Assembly (NCBI GenBank): GCA_036012755.1
Contig: DASCPX010000189.1
Coordinates: forward strand, 68,374-132,373
Direction of reading: 5' to 3'
DNA length: 64,000 nt
DNA from: Myxococcota bacterium
Lineage (GTDB): Bacteria > Myxococcota_A > UBA796 > CAJQPC01
In this document: positions 22,388-32,570 of the stretch, piece by piece
Position numbering within the stretch: position 1 is the stretch's first letter
How the letters are laid out: the number at the start of each line of letters is the position of its first letter
The notes under the pieces: model-generated
Databases searched by the model: none
What the model was told of the DNA's origin: nothing
The model's input: the letters and a program-made list of their open reading frames with translations, nothing else
Program-made: the position numbers and the translations under genes

Positions 22388-23477
22388 CTAGCGGAGCCCG
22401 TAGGCCTTGAGCTTGCGATAGATGGTCTGCGACTCCACCGGAGGCAGCGCGTGGAGGTGCCTGCGCGGGGTCTGGCGGCGCATGCGCGGAGGGAGGCCAT
22501 CGACGGTGAGGACCTGGCCGTCCGCGGCGACGAGCGCGCGGTGGATGGCGTTCTTCAGCTCCCGAACGTTGCCGGGCCATCCGTAGGCACGCAGCAGCGC
22601 TTGCAGCTCCTGGGCGAGCTCCGGAACAGGCCGCTCTGGGGGCGTGAGCGCCTGGGCGAAGGCCTTCGCCAGCTCGATGATGTCCTCGCCGCGCTCCCGC
22701 AGCGCGGGGAGCTGCATCTCGTAGACCGCGAGTCGGAAGTAGAGGTCCTGCCTGAAGCTCCCGGCCTCGACCGCCTCGAGCAGATCTATGTGGGTCGCTG
22801 CGACCACTCGGACATCGACCTCGAACTCCCGGCTGCCACCGACCCTGGTGATGCGGCGCTCCTGCAGGACACGGAGCAGCTTGGCCTGTAGGCCCGGGCT
22901 GAGCTCGCCGACCTCGTCGAGGAAGAGCGTGCCACCATCCGCCTGCTCGAAGCGCCCGATGCGTCGCTCCTCGGCACCGGTGAAGGCGCCCTTCTCGTGC
23001 CCGAAGAACTCGGACTCCTGCAGGTTCTCCGGGACCGCTGCGCAGTTCAGCGCCACGAAGGGGGCCCGGCTGCGACCGCTGTGGTCGTGCAGCGCTCGGG
23101 CGACGAGCTCCTTGCCGGTTCCGGACTCGCCGAAGACCAGGACGGTGATCTCGCTCTGCGCCAGTCGCGTGATCTCGCGGTAGACGCGCCGCATGGGCTC
23201 CGAGTTGCCGATCAGCTCGCCGAAGCCGGTCTCGGAGGCCTCTCGCTCGAGGTCGTGGAGCCGGCATCGCATGCGCCGGTGAGCGACGGCGTTGCGAACC
23301 GTCGCCGTCAGCTTCGGGCGGCCCATCGGCTTGGCCAGGTAGTCCCAGCCGCGCGAGGCACTCTCCGCCGGAGCAGGCCTCGATCACCCGGTGCCCGGCC
23401 CGCTCGAGCCAACGGGCGGTCAGGCGGCGGTGCGCGTCGTCATCGTCAACGACGAGGATGAGCCCTGGGGCGTCCAT
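22388..23477 (-). pseudogene. Sigma54-dependent NtrC-family regulator with broken receiver and shortened HTH
   Basis: ILVVDDD joins WDYLAKP out of frame near 23350; intact GESGTGKE, GAFTGA, LFLDEVGE, WPGNVRELKN; only QTIYRKLK of the Fis HTH remains. Confidence 0.8.
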
Positions 23478-23533
23478 GTACAGGTGATCAGCGAGCCGGT
23501 CCCTCTTCCTTAGTCCGAAGGGGGGGCCCGAGC

Positions 23534-25336
23534 TCAGCCCAGGTCGGCCACGTCCGAGTCGCCCATCTCCACGCCGCCGCCCGGGAAGTACTTCTTCCAC
23601 CGATCCGACACGGTCTTCGCCGTGTCCTCATCGCAGAACAGCTCGTCCGGGTATGTGGGCTTCATGCGGGCGTCGATGAGTACGCACCCTGAATAGACGA
23701 TGTGATTGCGATGGATCCGACCCCGGGCGTGAATGTCGGCAGCGGGCTCGAAGCGGGTGAACGTGGTCCACAGGAAGCGCTCGGGTGTCCGGGTCGCCCT
23801 CTTCGCGTCGTCCACCAACACCACCAGCGGCCAGGCCTGGAGATGATCCAGCAGTTCGTCTGCGATATCAGGCTGTTCCGCATAGCTTGGGCCGTCGACG
23901 ACGAGGCAGCCACCGCAGAAGACCTCCGCGGTTCGCAGGGGTCGCGGCAGCGCCTCCCGGTAGTCTCGCAACAGCTCCCGGACAGGGTCGCCGAGGCCGA
24001 CCATCACGCCCTTGCTACCCTGGTTGATCTCTGGCCCGGTGTAGTCCAGCGAGTCCATGGAGAGGTTGGCGAACACATACAGATCTGTCTCGGGGCGGAA
24101 GCGCTCCAGGACCGTCTCGAGAGTCTGTGTGAAGTTCTTCAGATCGACGTCCTGATCCGTGATCAGCAGGAACTTCTGGAGGCTGAGCTGACCCTCGCCG
24201 AGGATGCGGAAGGCGGAGACGAGGGCCTCGCGCTCGAAGCGCTCGCGGACGACCGCGCCGGCCAGGCTGTGGTAGCCGGTCTCGCCGTAGCTCCAGAGCT
24301 GCTTCACGGTCGGCATGACCAGCGGGAACAGGGGAGAGAGCAGCTCCTGGAGGAAGTCCCCGATGTAGAAGTCCTCCTGCCGCGGCTTGCCGACCACGGT
24401 CGCGGGGAAGATCGCGTCCTTGCGGCGGGCCAGCGCCGTGCAGTGGAAGACCGGGTAGTCGTGCTGCAGCGAGTAGTAGCCGTAGTGGTCACCGAAGGGG
24501 CCCTCCGGACGCCGTTGACCCGCGGCGATGTGGCCGCAGAGAGCGAACTCGGCGTCGGCCACCAACGCGTGCGGGTGTCCGTCCGTCGACGTCCGGCCGA
24601 GCTTCTCGCCCAGGAGCAGCGACGCGAGCAGCAGCTCCGGCACGTTCTCGGGCAAAGGCGCGATCGCGCTCAACATGAGGGCCGGGGGGCCACCCAACAA
24701 CACGGTCGCCGTCAGGTCCTCGCCGCGCTCTTCGGCGACGTGCAGGTGAGCCCCTCCGCCGCGGACGATCTGGATGTGCATGCCGGTGGTCTGCGCGTCG
24801 TAGCGCTGCATCCGGTACATGCCGAGGTTGTGCGTGCCGTCGTCCGGGTGCTCCGTGTAGACCAGGGGCAGGGTGATGAAGGCTCCGCCGTCCTCCTGCC
24901 AGGTCTGGAGCATCGGCAGCCGGTCGAGGCCAGCCGGTCGGTCCACGACGTCGAGGACCGGCCCCCGGGCCACACTCCGAAGCCCCACTCGGAGGGCATC
25001 GGCGACCCAATCCCGTTGTTTCCAGATGGTTCCCAAGGAGGGGGGGAGGAGGTCCTGAGGGATCCTGGCTGTGCGCTCGATGAACTCGACCGGCTTCCTG
25101 CCGAATGCGAGCTCCACCCGCCGGGCTGTCCCGAAGAGGTTCGTGACCAGCGGAAAGTGGGCCTCGACGCCCTGGTGATGAGGCTTCGTGAAGATCAACG
25201 CGGGCCCGCCGGCGGCGATGACGCGGCGGTGGATCTCGGCGGCTTCGAGGTAGGTGTCGACCGGCACGTCGACCTCGACCACATCGCCGCTGTCGCGCAG
25301 CAACTCGAGGAAGACGCGGAGATCTCGTGGCGGCAT
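23534..25336 (-). CDS. UbiD-family decarboxylase
   Basis: NLFGT, HNLGMYRMQ, EGPFGDHYGYYS, VGKPRQED. Confidence 0.92.
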   Translation of the reverse strand: MPPRDLRVFLELLRDSGDVVEVDVPVDTYLEAAEIHRRVIAAGGPALIFTKPHHQGVEAHFPLVTNLFGTARRVELAFGRKPVEFIERTARIPQDLLPPSLGTIWKQRDWVADALRVGLRSVARGPVLDVVDRPAGLDRLPMLQTWQEDGGAFITLPLVYTEHPDDGTHNLGMYRMQRYDAQTTGMHIQIVRGGGAHLHVAEERGEDLTATVLLGGPPALMLSAIAPLPENVPELLLASLLLGEKLGRTSTDGHPHALVADAEFALCGHIAAGQRRPEGPFGDHYGYYSLQHDYPVFHCTALARRKDAIFPATVVGKPRQEDFYIGDFLQELLSPLFPLVMPTVKQLWSYGETGYHSLAGAVVRERFEREALVSAFRILGEGQLSLQKFLLITDQDVDLKNFTQTLETVLERFRPETDLYVFANLSMDSLDYTGPEINQGSKGVMVGLGDPVRELLRDYREALPRPLRTAEVFCGGCLVVDGPSYAEQPDIADELLDHLQAWPLVVLVDDAKRATRTPERFLWTTFTRFEPAADIHARGRIHRNHIVYSGCVLIDARMKPTYPDELFCDEDTAKTVSDRWKKYFPGGGVEMGDSDVADLG

Positions 25337-25407
25337 GCGCCCGCCTAACCGAGTTCCTTTGCAAGCCAGCCAGCTTCGCGGCATCATTGACTCAGAGGTG
25401 GTCCACT

Positions 25408-26304
25408 ATGCTCTTGCTCTGCTCGCTCGCTGCTGCTGAAACGGTCGATGGTTGGTCGATGGACGACTTCGGCTCCCCGGGAGACGAGATCGTCGGAAAC
25501 GACGGCTGGGAAGGGGGATATCGCGACGATCCCTGGTGGGTGACGAGCACCGGGTCAGCCGCCTCGGCGACGGACGATTTCGCCGAGACAGAGGACTACG
25601 GGGACGATGCCCCGCAGGACAACTGGATCATCCGTGGTGACGACTTCGAGGATGTCGTGGTCGAGGCCGAGCTCTTCGCCTACGACGATGACGCGGTCGG
25701 CATCGTCAGCAACCACGACGGCGATGACTACTACGCCTGCATCTACGTAGAGGACTCGGCGCCGCCGCCCATCTGGGGTGTGGACGAAGGCACGGTCCTC
25801 ATCATGAAGATCTCCGACGGCGAGGCCGAGCTCCTCGACGCTGGACACGGGGAGCGCGACGACTACGACTTCGAGCTGCGCCTCGAGGTCAACGACGGCG
25901 AGCTCAGCTGCTCCCTGAACGGGCGCGAAGAGGCCAGCGCCAGCGACTCGGATCCCCTCGGCGCGGGGCAGGCGGGGCTCTATGCCTACAACTCGGGCTA
26001 CGGCGAGAGCGGCTACTACAGCGGCTCCACCTGGATCGAGGTGCTCTGGCAGGACGACGACGGCGACGGTGTGGCTGATGATCTCGACAACTGCGAGGAC
26101 ACCGACAACGCCGACCAGGAAGACCTCGACGACGACGGGATCGGTGACGCCTGCGACGACTCGGTCGAGCTCCCCGACACCGGCACGCCTGATGACGACG
26201 GCGGCGGAGATCTCGCGACGGGCGGCTGCGGTTGCGGTGCGATTCCGGTGGCCCCGCTCGCGCTGGGGCTGCTCGGTGTGATCCTGATCCGGAGGCGCCT
26301 GTGA
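25408..26304 (+). CDS. Exported lectin-like/thrombospondin type-3 repeat protein with MYXO-CTERM-like tail
   Basis: DDDAVGIV; DGDGVADDLDNCEDTDNADQEDLDDDGIGDACD; GGCGC..LLGVILIRRRL. Confidence 0.8.
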   Translation: MLLLCSLAAAETVDGWSMDDFGSPGDEIVGNDGWEGGYRDDPWWVTSTGSAASATDDFAETEDYGDDAPQDNWIIRGDDFEDVVVEAELFAYDDDAVGIVSNHDGDDYYACIYVEDSAPPPIWGVDEGTVLIMKISDGEAELLDAGHGERDDYDFELRLEVNDGELSCSLNGREEASASDSDPLGAGQAGLYAYNSGYGESGYYSGSTWIEVLWQDDDGDGVADDLDNCEDTDNADQEDLDDDGIGDACDDSVELPDTGTPDDDGGGDLATGGCGCGAIPVAPLALGLLGVILIRRRL

Positions 26305-26391
26305 GCCGATCCGCGGCGCCGCTCTACGCCGTCTCCGTGCTGAGGCGCCTGTGAGCCGATCCGCGGCGCCGCTCTACGCCGTCTCCGTGCT
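26292..26391 (+). repeat. Exact 50-bp tandem duplication
   Basis: 26292..26341 equals 26342..26391. Confidence 0.97.
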
Positions 26392-29300
26392 CCTGCGCGA
26401 CGGCCCGCTGGGGCCGCTGTGGGCAGGGAGGTACCGCGGGAGCGAGTGCCTCTTTCGGGTCTTCCCGCCGTCGATCTCCGGACCCTACTCGGTGGTGCGA
26501 GAGGCGGTCCGGAACGCTGCGCGGATCGACCACCCCGGTGTCGCACCCGTGCTCGACTTCGGCATCGCCGGACCCGAGCACGCTCGCGGGAGCGGCGGCC
26601 TCATCCCCGAGGGCCAGCTCTACGCGATCACCGCGGCGCCCACGGGCCCGAGCCTCCAGGAGCACGAGGTCCGCTGGCGGGAGCTGCGGGAGGTCGCGCT
26701 CGAGCTGCTCGACATCCTGGCCCATCTCCACGCCCGCGGTCTCGTCCACGGTGACTTCGGCGCGGGCGGTGTCGAGCTCTGCGCCCGCGGCGGCGTTCGC
26801 CTGAGAGACCCCGGCATTCGACTCGCGGCGATGCGCGAGGGACGGATCAGGAACCTCCGCTCCGAACCGGATCGGCGGCCCCCCGAGATCGTCCTGGGAC
26901 GCTGGCGCGAGGTCGGTCCGTGGACCGATCTCTACCTCCTCGGGCGCCTCATCCAGAGCGTGCTCGGACCGAAGGCCGTGGCGGAGAACTCGGTGGTGCA
27001 CACCTGGGTCGATCGACTCCTCGATCGCAGGAATCGCCTGCTCCGTGCGGCTGATGCCCGGCGCGTCCTGTTGTCTTTGGAGGGCCGCAGCGCTGACGTC
27101 TACGCTCCGATGCTCTCGACGAAGCGGGACGCCCCCGTGGCCTCCAGCAACGAGCTGGTGGGACGCGACCAGGTCTGTCGCGAGCTCTGGGACCTGCTCG
27201 GCCAGGTTCAGAAGAGCCGCCAGGTCCGCCTGGTGCTGCTCCAGGGGCCCTCTGGAGTCGGCAAGACCGCGGTCGTCGACTGGCTCTGTCGTCGGGCCCA
27301 CGAGACTGGCGTCGCGACGGTCTTGCGCGGCGAGTACGGCCCGTCCCGGTCTCGCCAGGCCGGGCTGGCGGCGATGATCATGGACTACCTCGACGTCCGC
27401 GGGCTCGAAGGTGACCAGCTCCAGTGGCGAACGCTGGCCGGCCTCTCGACCATGGGCATCGACTCGGTCTACGAGCAGCGAGGGATCGTCGACCTGATCG
27501 TGCGCTGTCGTCGGCGGTCACTGCGCTCTGATGGGAGCCTCCGCGACGCCCTCGTACATCGCTTCCTGGAGGCCTGCTCCGACCCGCCCGGCGGCCCTCG
27601 TCGCCCGGTCGTGGTCTGTCTCGAGGACGTCCAGCTGGGCCTGGAGTCCATCGGCTTCGCACGCTCGCTGCTGGACCGCTCGGGAGAGCTGCCTGTCCTC
27701 GTGCTGCTGACCGCGCGGCAGGCCGAGGGAGAGGACCAGGCGGAGCTTCGCGCCTTGATGGACTCGGCTGGAACCCGCGGCATGCTCGTGGCGCTCTCCG
27801 AGCTCCCGGTCGAGGACCAGGTCCGCCTCGTGCGCGACCGCCTCGGGGTCCCCGAGGAGCTGGCCAAGCGCCTGGCCTTCCGAACCCACGGAAACCCCTT
27901 GCACGCGGTCCAGCTCGTCGAAGCATGGCTGGAGCGAGGCCTGGCCAGGAAGGACGCCGACGGGCGTCTGGAGATGCTCTCCGATCGCCGTCTTGAGTTG
28001 CCGGACGCCATGGACGCGGTGTGGCTCGACCGTCTCTCCGTGACCATTCCTTCGCGCATCAGCTCCGACTGGCTGTCCATGGAGATCGCCGCGGTGCTCG
28101 GTCGGTCGGTCGACATCGCCGAGTGGCGCGAGGTGTGCGGAAAGTGGGGTGTGCGTCCATCAGAGGACCTCATCGCCGTCCTGGCGGATCGCGGGCTCGT
28201 CGACCTCGACGGAGCGGCGGCCTTCCGCTTCGCCTACGTCAGCCTGCAGCGCTCGCTCGAGAAGCTGGCTCGACGCGAGGGCCGCCTCGAGGCGCACCAT
28301 CGCGCTTGTGCCTCCGCGCTGGCTGAGTCCGCGACCGACGCCGAGCGCCTGGGGCTGCACCACCTCGGCTCGGGTGACGTCGAGTTTGCCCTCGAGCCCC
28401 TGATCCAGGCGGCGGAGGAGCGCATCCAGCTCGGTGACTTCGAGCACGCCGAGTGGCTCATCGAGATCTGGGAGTCGACGCTCGCCCAGCAGCATTCCTT
28501 CTTGGACGACAACCGCCGCACGATCGGCTGGACCCTGCTCGCGAACGTCCGCCGTGGCCAGGGGCGCTGCGCCGACGCCATCGAGATCGCTCGGCGGGCG
28601 GAGCAGCGGGCGCGCTGGTGCAACGACTCGATGCTGCTGGGCCGCGCGCTGTTGGAGCTCGGGCTCGCGGCCAGGGAGATCGGAGACCTCGGCCTCGCGC
28701 TCACCTGCCTGACCCAGGCCGAGGCGCTCTTCGAGGGCGTCGAGGACGATCGGCTGCTCGCTCGCGCCCGGCTGGTCAGCGCTGGTGTCCTTGGAGATCT
28801 CGGCGCCTACGACGACGCCACCACTCGCTACAACCACTGTCGGGCCTTCTGCCAGCGCCACGACGACGGCATCGGCATGGCCGAGAGCATTCGTGGCCTG
28901 GGAGACCTCGCGGTCCTTCGTGGGGACCTGGAGCTGGCGACCGTGCTGCTGAACCAGGCTCGCCGGGAGTTCGAGGCCCTGGGCCATCCGTGGGGCGCAG
29001 CCTCCTGCTACAACAGCCTCGGCAACCTGTCGCGCGCCTACGGCGATCTCGACGAGGCGGTGCGCTCCTACCGGTCCTGCACTCGCATCTGTCGCTCGAG
29101 CGGATCGGCGCTGGGAGCGCACGCCCTGATGAACCGCGGCCTGGTCCTGACGCTGCAGGGCAGGTTCGATGATGCCGCCACGGCCTTGCGCGAAGCGCTG
29201 AAGAGCTTCGAGCTCATCGACGCGCGTGGACCCCTCGGGGCCTGCCACCTCTACATGCTGCCATCGATGGTGCGCGCGGCGGACTGGGAGGGCTTCGACA

Positions 29301-29545
29301 CCCACTACGGCCTCGGCGTCGCCCTCCTGATGGAGACCGAGCACATCAGCGCGGACGTGGCCTTCGTCGCCTGGACAAGCGGCGACCTGGCCCTCGCCAA
29401 GGGCCAGGACGAACGGGCCCACCAGGTGCTGGAGCTTGCGCTTCGGCAGTACAGGATGCTCGGCAGCATGGAAGAGATCGACGACGTCCGCAGTCGCATC
29501 GAGAGCCTTGGTTGGCCAGCGAGGACCGTCATCACCGGCGAGTGA
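26351..29545 (+). CDS. Pseudokinase - STAND/AAA ATPase - TPR protein
   Basis: LVHGDFG, RDPG, PPE, TDLYLLG; GPSGVGKT, CLEDVQ, THGNPL; TPR tail. Confidence 0.88.
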   Translation: MSRSAAPLYAVSVLLRDGPLGPLWAGRYRGSECLFRVFPPSISGPYSVVREAVRNAARIDHPGVAPVLDFGIAGPEHARGSGGLIPEGQLYAITAAPTGPSLQEHEVRWRELREVALELLDILAHLHARGLVHGDFGAGGVELCARGGVRLRDPGIRLAAMREGRIRNLRSEPDRRPPEIVLGRWREVGPWTDLYLLGRLIQSVLGPKAVAENSVVHTWVDRLLDRRNRLLRAADARRVLLSLEGRSADVYAPMLSTKRDAPVASSNELVGRDQVCRELWDLLGQVQKSRQVRLVLLQGPSGVGKTAVVDWLCRRAHETGVATVLRGEYGPSRSRQAGLAAMIMDYLDVRGLEGDQLQWRTLAGLSTMGIDSVYEQRGIVDLIVRCRRRSLRSDGSLRDALVHRFLEACSDPPGGPRRPVVVCLEDVQLGLESIGFARSLLDRSGELPVLVLLTARQAEGEDQAELRALMDSAGTRGMLVALSELPVEDQVRLVRDRLGVPEELAKRLAFRTHGNPLHAVQLVEAWLERGLARKDADGRLEMLSDRRLELPDAMDAVWLDRLSVTIPSRISSDWLSMEIAAVLGRSVDIAEWREVCGKWGVRPSEDLIAVLADRGLVDLDGAAAFRFAYVSLQRSLEKLARREGRLEAHHRACASALAESATDAERLGLHHLGSGDVEFALEPLIQAAEERIQLGDFEHAEWLIEIWESTLAQQHSFLDDNRRTIGWTLLANVRRGQGRCADAIEIARRAEQRARWCNDSMLLGRALLELGLAAREIGDLGLALTCLTQAEALFEGVEDDRLLARARLVSAGVLGDLGAYDDATTRYNHCRAFCQRHDDGIGMAESIRGLGDLAVLRGDLELATVLLNQARREFEALGHPWGAASCYNSLGNLSRAYGDLDEAVRSYRSCTRICRSSGSALGAHALMNRGLVLTLQGRFDDAATALREALKSFELIDARGPLGACHLYMLPSMVRAADWEGFDTHYGLGVALLMETEHISADVAFVAWTSGDLALAKGQDERAHQVLELALRQYRMLGSMEEIDDVRSRIESLGWPARTVITGE

Positions 29546-29648
29546 GCGCCCGCGCGACGGCCGTGGGGTCGGTGAGCGCCAGGATCTGTCCCCGGACATG
29601 CCTTGGTCTCTGCACGCCGACTGCACGCCGGTTTGTGACTCTCTGTTC

Positions 29649-30188
29649 GTGCTCCGACAGCTTCCGAGCCTGCTCGCGATTGGCCTCTGGATCTTCCTCC
29701 TGGCCTCCGCTCCCCGTGCCGAACCGTCTCCCACTGCGGATCCCGTGAGTGTCGCGCTCGTCGTCGACCTCTCTGGCTCCATGGCCCTGGAGGGTCGGAT
29801 CGACGAGGTCCGTCGCGGTGTGGCCGGGCTGTCGGAGCACCTTCGCCCACGAGACCGCATCGCCCTCGTCGGCTTCAACCACCAGGCGCAGGTGCTGTTG
29901 CCGCTGGGCCCACCGGACCCGGTGATCCAGACCTTGCTCGCCGCCGCGGAGCCCGAGGGCGCCACGGACCTGCACGCTGGAGTAATGGCTGGAGCCTCGC
30001 AGCTCGCCCGGGCAGAAGGTCGCCGCCGCCTGATCCTCGTTCGAGATGGACCCTCGAACGTCGGAGTCCTCGACCCGGCTGCCCTGGAGCGCACGATCGA
30101 GGCGCTGGAAGCAGAGGGCATGGAGGTCGTGGTGCTGAGCCCGGAAGAGCTCGCCGCGGAGTGGGAGTCGGTCGGACCGGGGGTCTGA
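29649..30188 (+). CDS. Exported VWA domain protein
   Basis: VVDLSGSM (MIDAS), GATDLHAG, LVRDG; start uncertain. Confidence 0.85.
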   Translation: MLRQLPSLLAIGLWIFLLASAPRAEPSPTADPVSVALVVDLSGSMALEGRIDEVRRGVAGLSEHLRPRDRIALVGFNHQAQVLLPLGPPDPVIQTLLAAAEPEGATDLHAGVMAGASQLARAEGRRRLILVRDGPSNVGVLDPAALERTIEALEAEGMEVVVLSPEELAAEWESVGPGV

Positions 30189-30200
30189 CCTCGTGCCGGA

Positions 30201-30984
30201 TCAGCGCTCGCTGGAGAGGTAGATGTATGCCCGTCCAGCGGTCGCCCAGGTCGTGCCGCTGATGTAGTCGTTCGACCACGACGACTCGCCGAAGACGAAG
30301 TCCGTCTCGCCGTCACCGTCGAAGTCCGCCGAGCCGAGCAAGGCGGCGCCGGTGTTGTAGCGGCTCTGGTCGCCCTGCCAGCTCAACAGCGCTGCGTCTT
30401 CGAGATCCGCGACCTCGCCGGAGAAGAGGCAGCCACTGACGAGCGTGATCGTGCCAGGCTCATCCGGGTAGCTGCCTACTCCGTTGTCGTAGTAGAAGTA
30501 GTAGCCGGGCGCAGACACGAGGAAGTCGTCGCAGCCGTCGCCGTCGACGTCGCCCGTCTCCACCAGGTCGTAGCCCAGGTCGGCGCCGTCCTGGTCGCCG
30601 AAGGTCCAGCCATCCGCCAGCGCGGTCGGGTCCAGGCCCGTGCCCAGCAGATCCGCCGCGACCCCGCTGAACATCCAGACCCCGCCGGCGCTCTCGACTC
30701 TGCCGTCCTCGGTGTCGCCCAGAGAGGTCACGACGATGTCCCGGTCGCCGTCGCCGTCGAAGTCCTCGTCGATCCTGCCGTCGCAGTCTTCGTCCACACC
30801 GTCGCAGTCCTCGTCGGCGCCTGGGAAGACGCTCGGATCCTCGTCGTCACAGTCGTTGTCGGTGGTGTAGCCGTCCTGGTCGGCGTCTTCGGGGCCAGAG
30901 GCCTCCGAGTCGTCCAGCGCGGTGGACGTTCGGTAGCGGCCCGGGGTCCTTCAGGCAGGCAACGGTGGCGAGGAGGGCGATCAT
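30201..30984 (-). pseudogene. FG-GAP repeat/MopE-motif lipoprotein, frameshifted near 30943
   Basis: GGAGG then MIALLATVAC at 30984 is one base out of frame with DCDDEDPSVFPGA, GDVDGDGCDDFLVSAP, AGRAYIY. Confidence 0.7.
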
Positions 30985-31014
30985 GTCAGCCTCCGGCGAG
31001 ACCGGAGTGTACGC

Positions 31015-32529
31015 TCAGTCCCGGCGTCGTCGCAGCCCCAGCATTCCGAGGAGCACCAGGATGCCGAGCGCTCCGTCGGCGGTGCCTCGCGTGGACGCGC
31101 AGCCCTTGTCCGGTGGCTCGACGACGAGGGCCTCGGCCAGGTAGCTGCAGGCGTCGCCGCCGTCATCCGACTCGTCGACGACGTTGTCGCAGTCGTTGTC
31201 GATGCCGTCGCAGTCTTCGACCGCGCCCGGGTAGGTCCACGCGTCGTAGTCGTCGCAGTCCCCCTCCGACTCGGTCGCGCCGTCCTGGTCGTCGTCGAAG
31301 GCCCAGGTGCCCTCGTCGATGTGCCCGTCGCAGTCGTTGTCGATCTCGTCCGCCACTTCGTCGGCCTCTGGGCCGATGGTGGCGTCCCTGTCCTCGCAGT
31401 CGCCCTCGCGATTGCTGTAGCCGTCGCCGTCGTCGTCCGCGCGGTTGCCGCCCTCGTCGACCTCGCCGTCGCAGTCGTTGTCGATGAAGTCGTTCGCGAT
31501 CTCGTCCGCGTCGGGGCTCACGGTCGCGTCGTCGTCGAAGCAGTCGCCCTCGTTCTCCGAGTAGCCGTCGCCGTCGTCGTCATTGCTGACGAGATCGGCG
31601 CCCTCGTCGGTCAGGCCGTCGCAGTCGTCGTCGCGTCCGTTGTTCGACTCCTGGGCGTCCGGGTAGACCGTCGCGAGGTTGTCGTCACAGTCGAGGCCGC
31701 AGGCGTAGTAGCCGTCGCCGTCCTTGTCCCAGGACTCGTGCAGCGAGTCCTCGCAGGAGTTGCCGATGACCGTGATGAGCGGCTCCTGGTCCGGGTCGCT
31801 GGTCACCAGGGTGATCTCGGCGCGCTCCTTGGAGTCCTTGCCGGGGATGTACCCGATCTCGATCTCCTCTGTGTCGCCAGGGAGGATGTAGACCGGCGAA
31901 GGGGTCGAGACGTAGTAGCTGGCGCTGGATCCGCTGGAGAAGTCGAAGCCCGCGACCGTCAGGATCACGGAGCCCGTGTTGACGATCGATGCGGTCTCGA
32001 AGAAGGCGCCGCCGACCGCCCGCTGACCGAAGTCGATGAAGGGCGGGTAGTAGGACGAGCTCGGGTAGCGTGCGAGACCTCGCACCTGGAAGACGTGGAC
32101 GCCCCCGCCGTCGTGGAGTCCGTCGATCGGGTCGATCGGGACCACCCGGTTGTCGTTGGTGTCGACGTAGACGGTGGCGCGGAAGTAGCCCTCCGTCTCG
32201 GGTCGGAAGTTGATCTCGATCTCTTCGAAGATCGTGCCGTCGGAGGCGCCGGTCTCGAACTCGAGGTAGTCGTCGGAGCCGTCGTCGTCGAGGTCGGCGT
32301 TGGCCCAGCTCGGCAGCAGGACGAAGGCTTCCTCGTCTTGTTGGTTGAGGATCCCGATGTTGTCGACGGTCAGTCGGCCCCGTCCCACCGAGTACAGCGG
32401 CACGCGAACGGTGAGGCGTTCACCGACCGTGACACCGCCTGCGTCGGCGAGGGGCTGGACGTAGAGCTCACGGGACTGCTCGTAGACGCCGTAGTCGGGC
32501 TGGCAGGCGAGGAGGGAGACGAGCATCAT
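31015..32529 (-). CDS. Surface lipoprotein with Ig/ASH-like domains, MopE-type repeats and MYXO-CTERM-like tail
   Basis: MMLVSLLAC; IDFG..NTGS..L; several DCD..ATV.PDA.E..NDCDG units; GCAS..LVLLGMLGLRRRRD. Confidence 0.85.
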   Translation of the reverse strand: MMLVSLLACQPDYGVYEQSRELYVQPLADAGGVTVGERLTVRVPLYSVGRGRLTVDNIGILNQQDEEAFVLLPSWANADLDDDGSDDYLEFETGASDGTIFEEIEINFRPETEGYFRATVYVDTNDNRVVPIDPIDGLHDGGGVHVFQVRGLARYPSSSYYPPFIDFGQRAVGGAFFETASIVNTGSVILTVAGFDFSSGSSASYYVSTPSPVYILPGDTEEIEIGYIPGKDSKERAEITLVTSDPDQEPLITVIGNSCEDSLHESWDKDGDGYYACGLDCDDNLATVYPDAQESNNGRDDDCDGLTDEGADLVSNDDDGDGYSENEGDCFDDDATVSPDADEIANDFIDNDCDGEVDEGGNRADDDGDGYSNREGDCEDRDATIGPEADEVADEIDNDCDGHIDEGTWAFDDDQDGATESEGDCDDYDAWTYPGAVEDCDGIDNDCDNVVDESDDGGDACSYLAEALVVEPPDKGCASTRGTADGALGILVLLGMLGLRRRRD

Positions 32530-32570
32530 GGCGGAGGGAGCATAGCCTCAAAAGGTGGCGGCTCGTGGTC

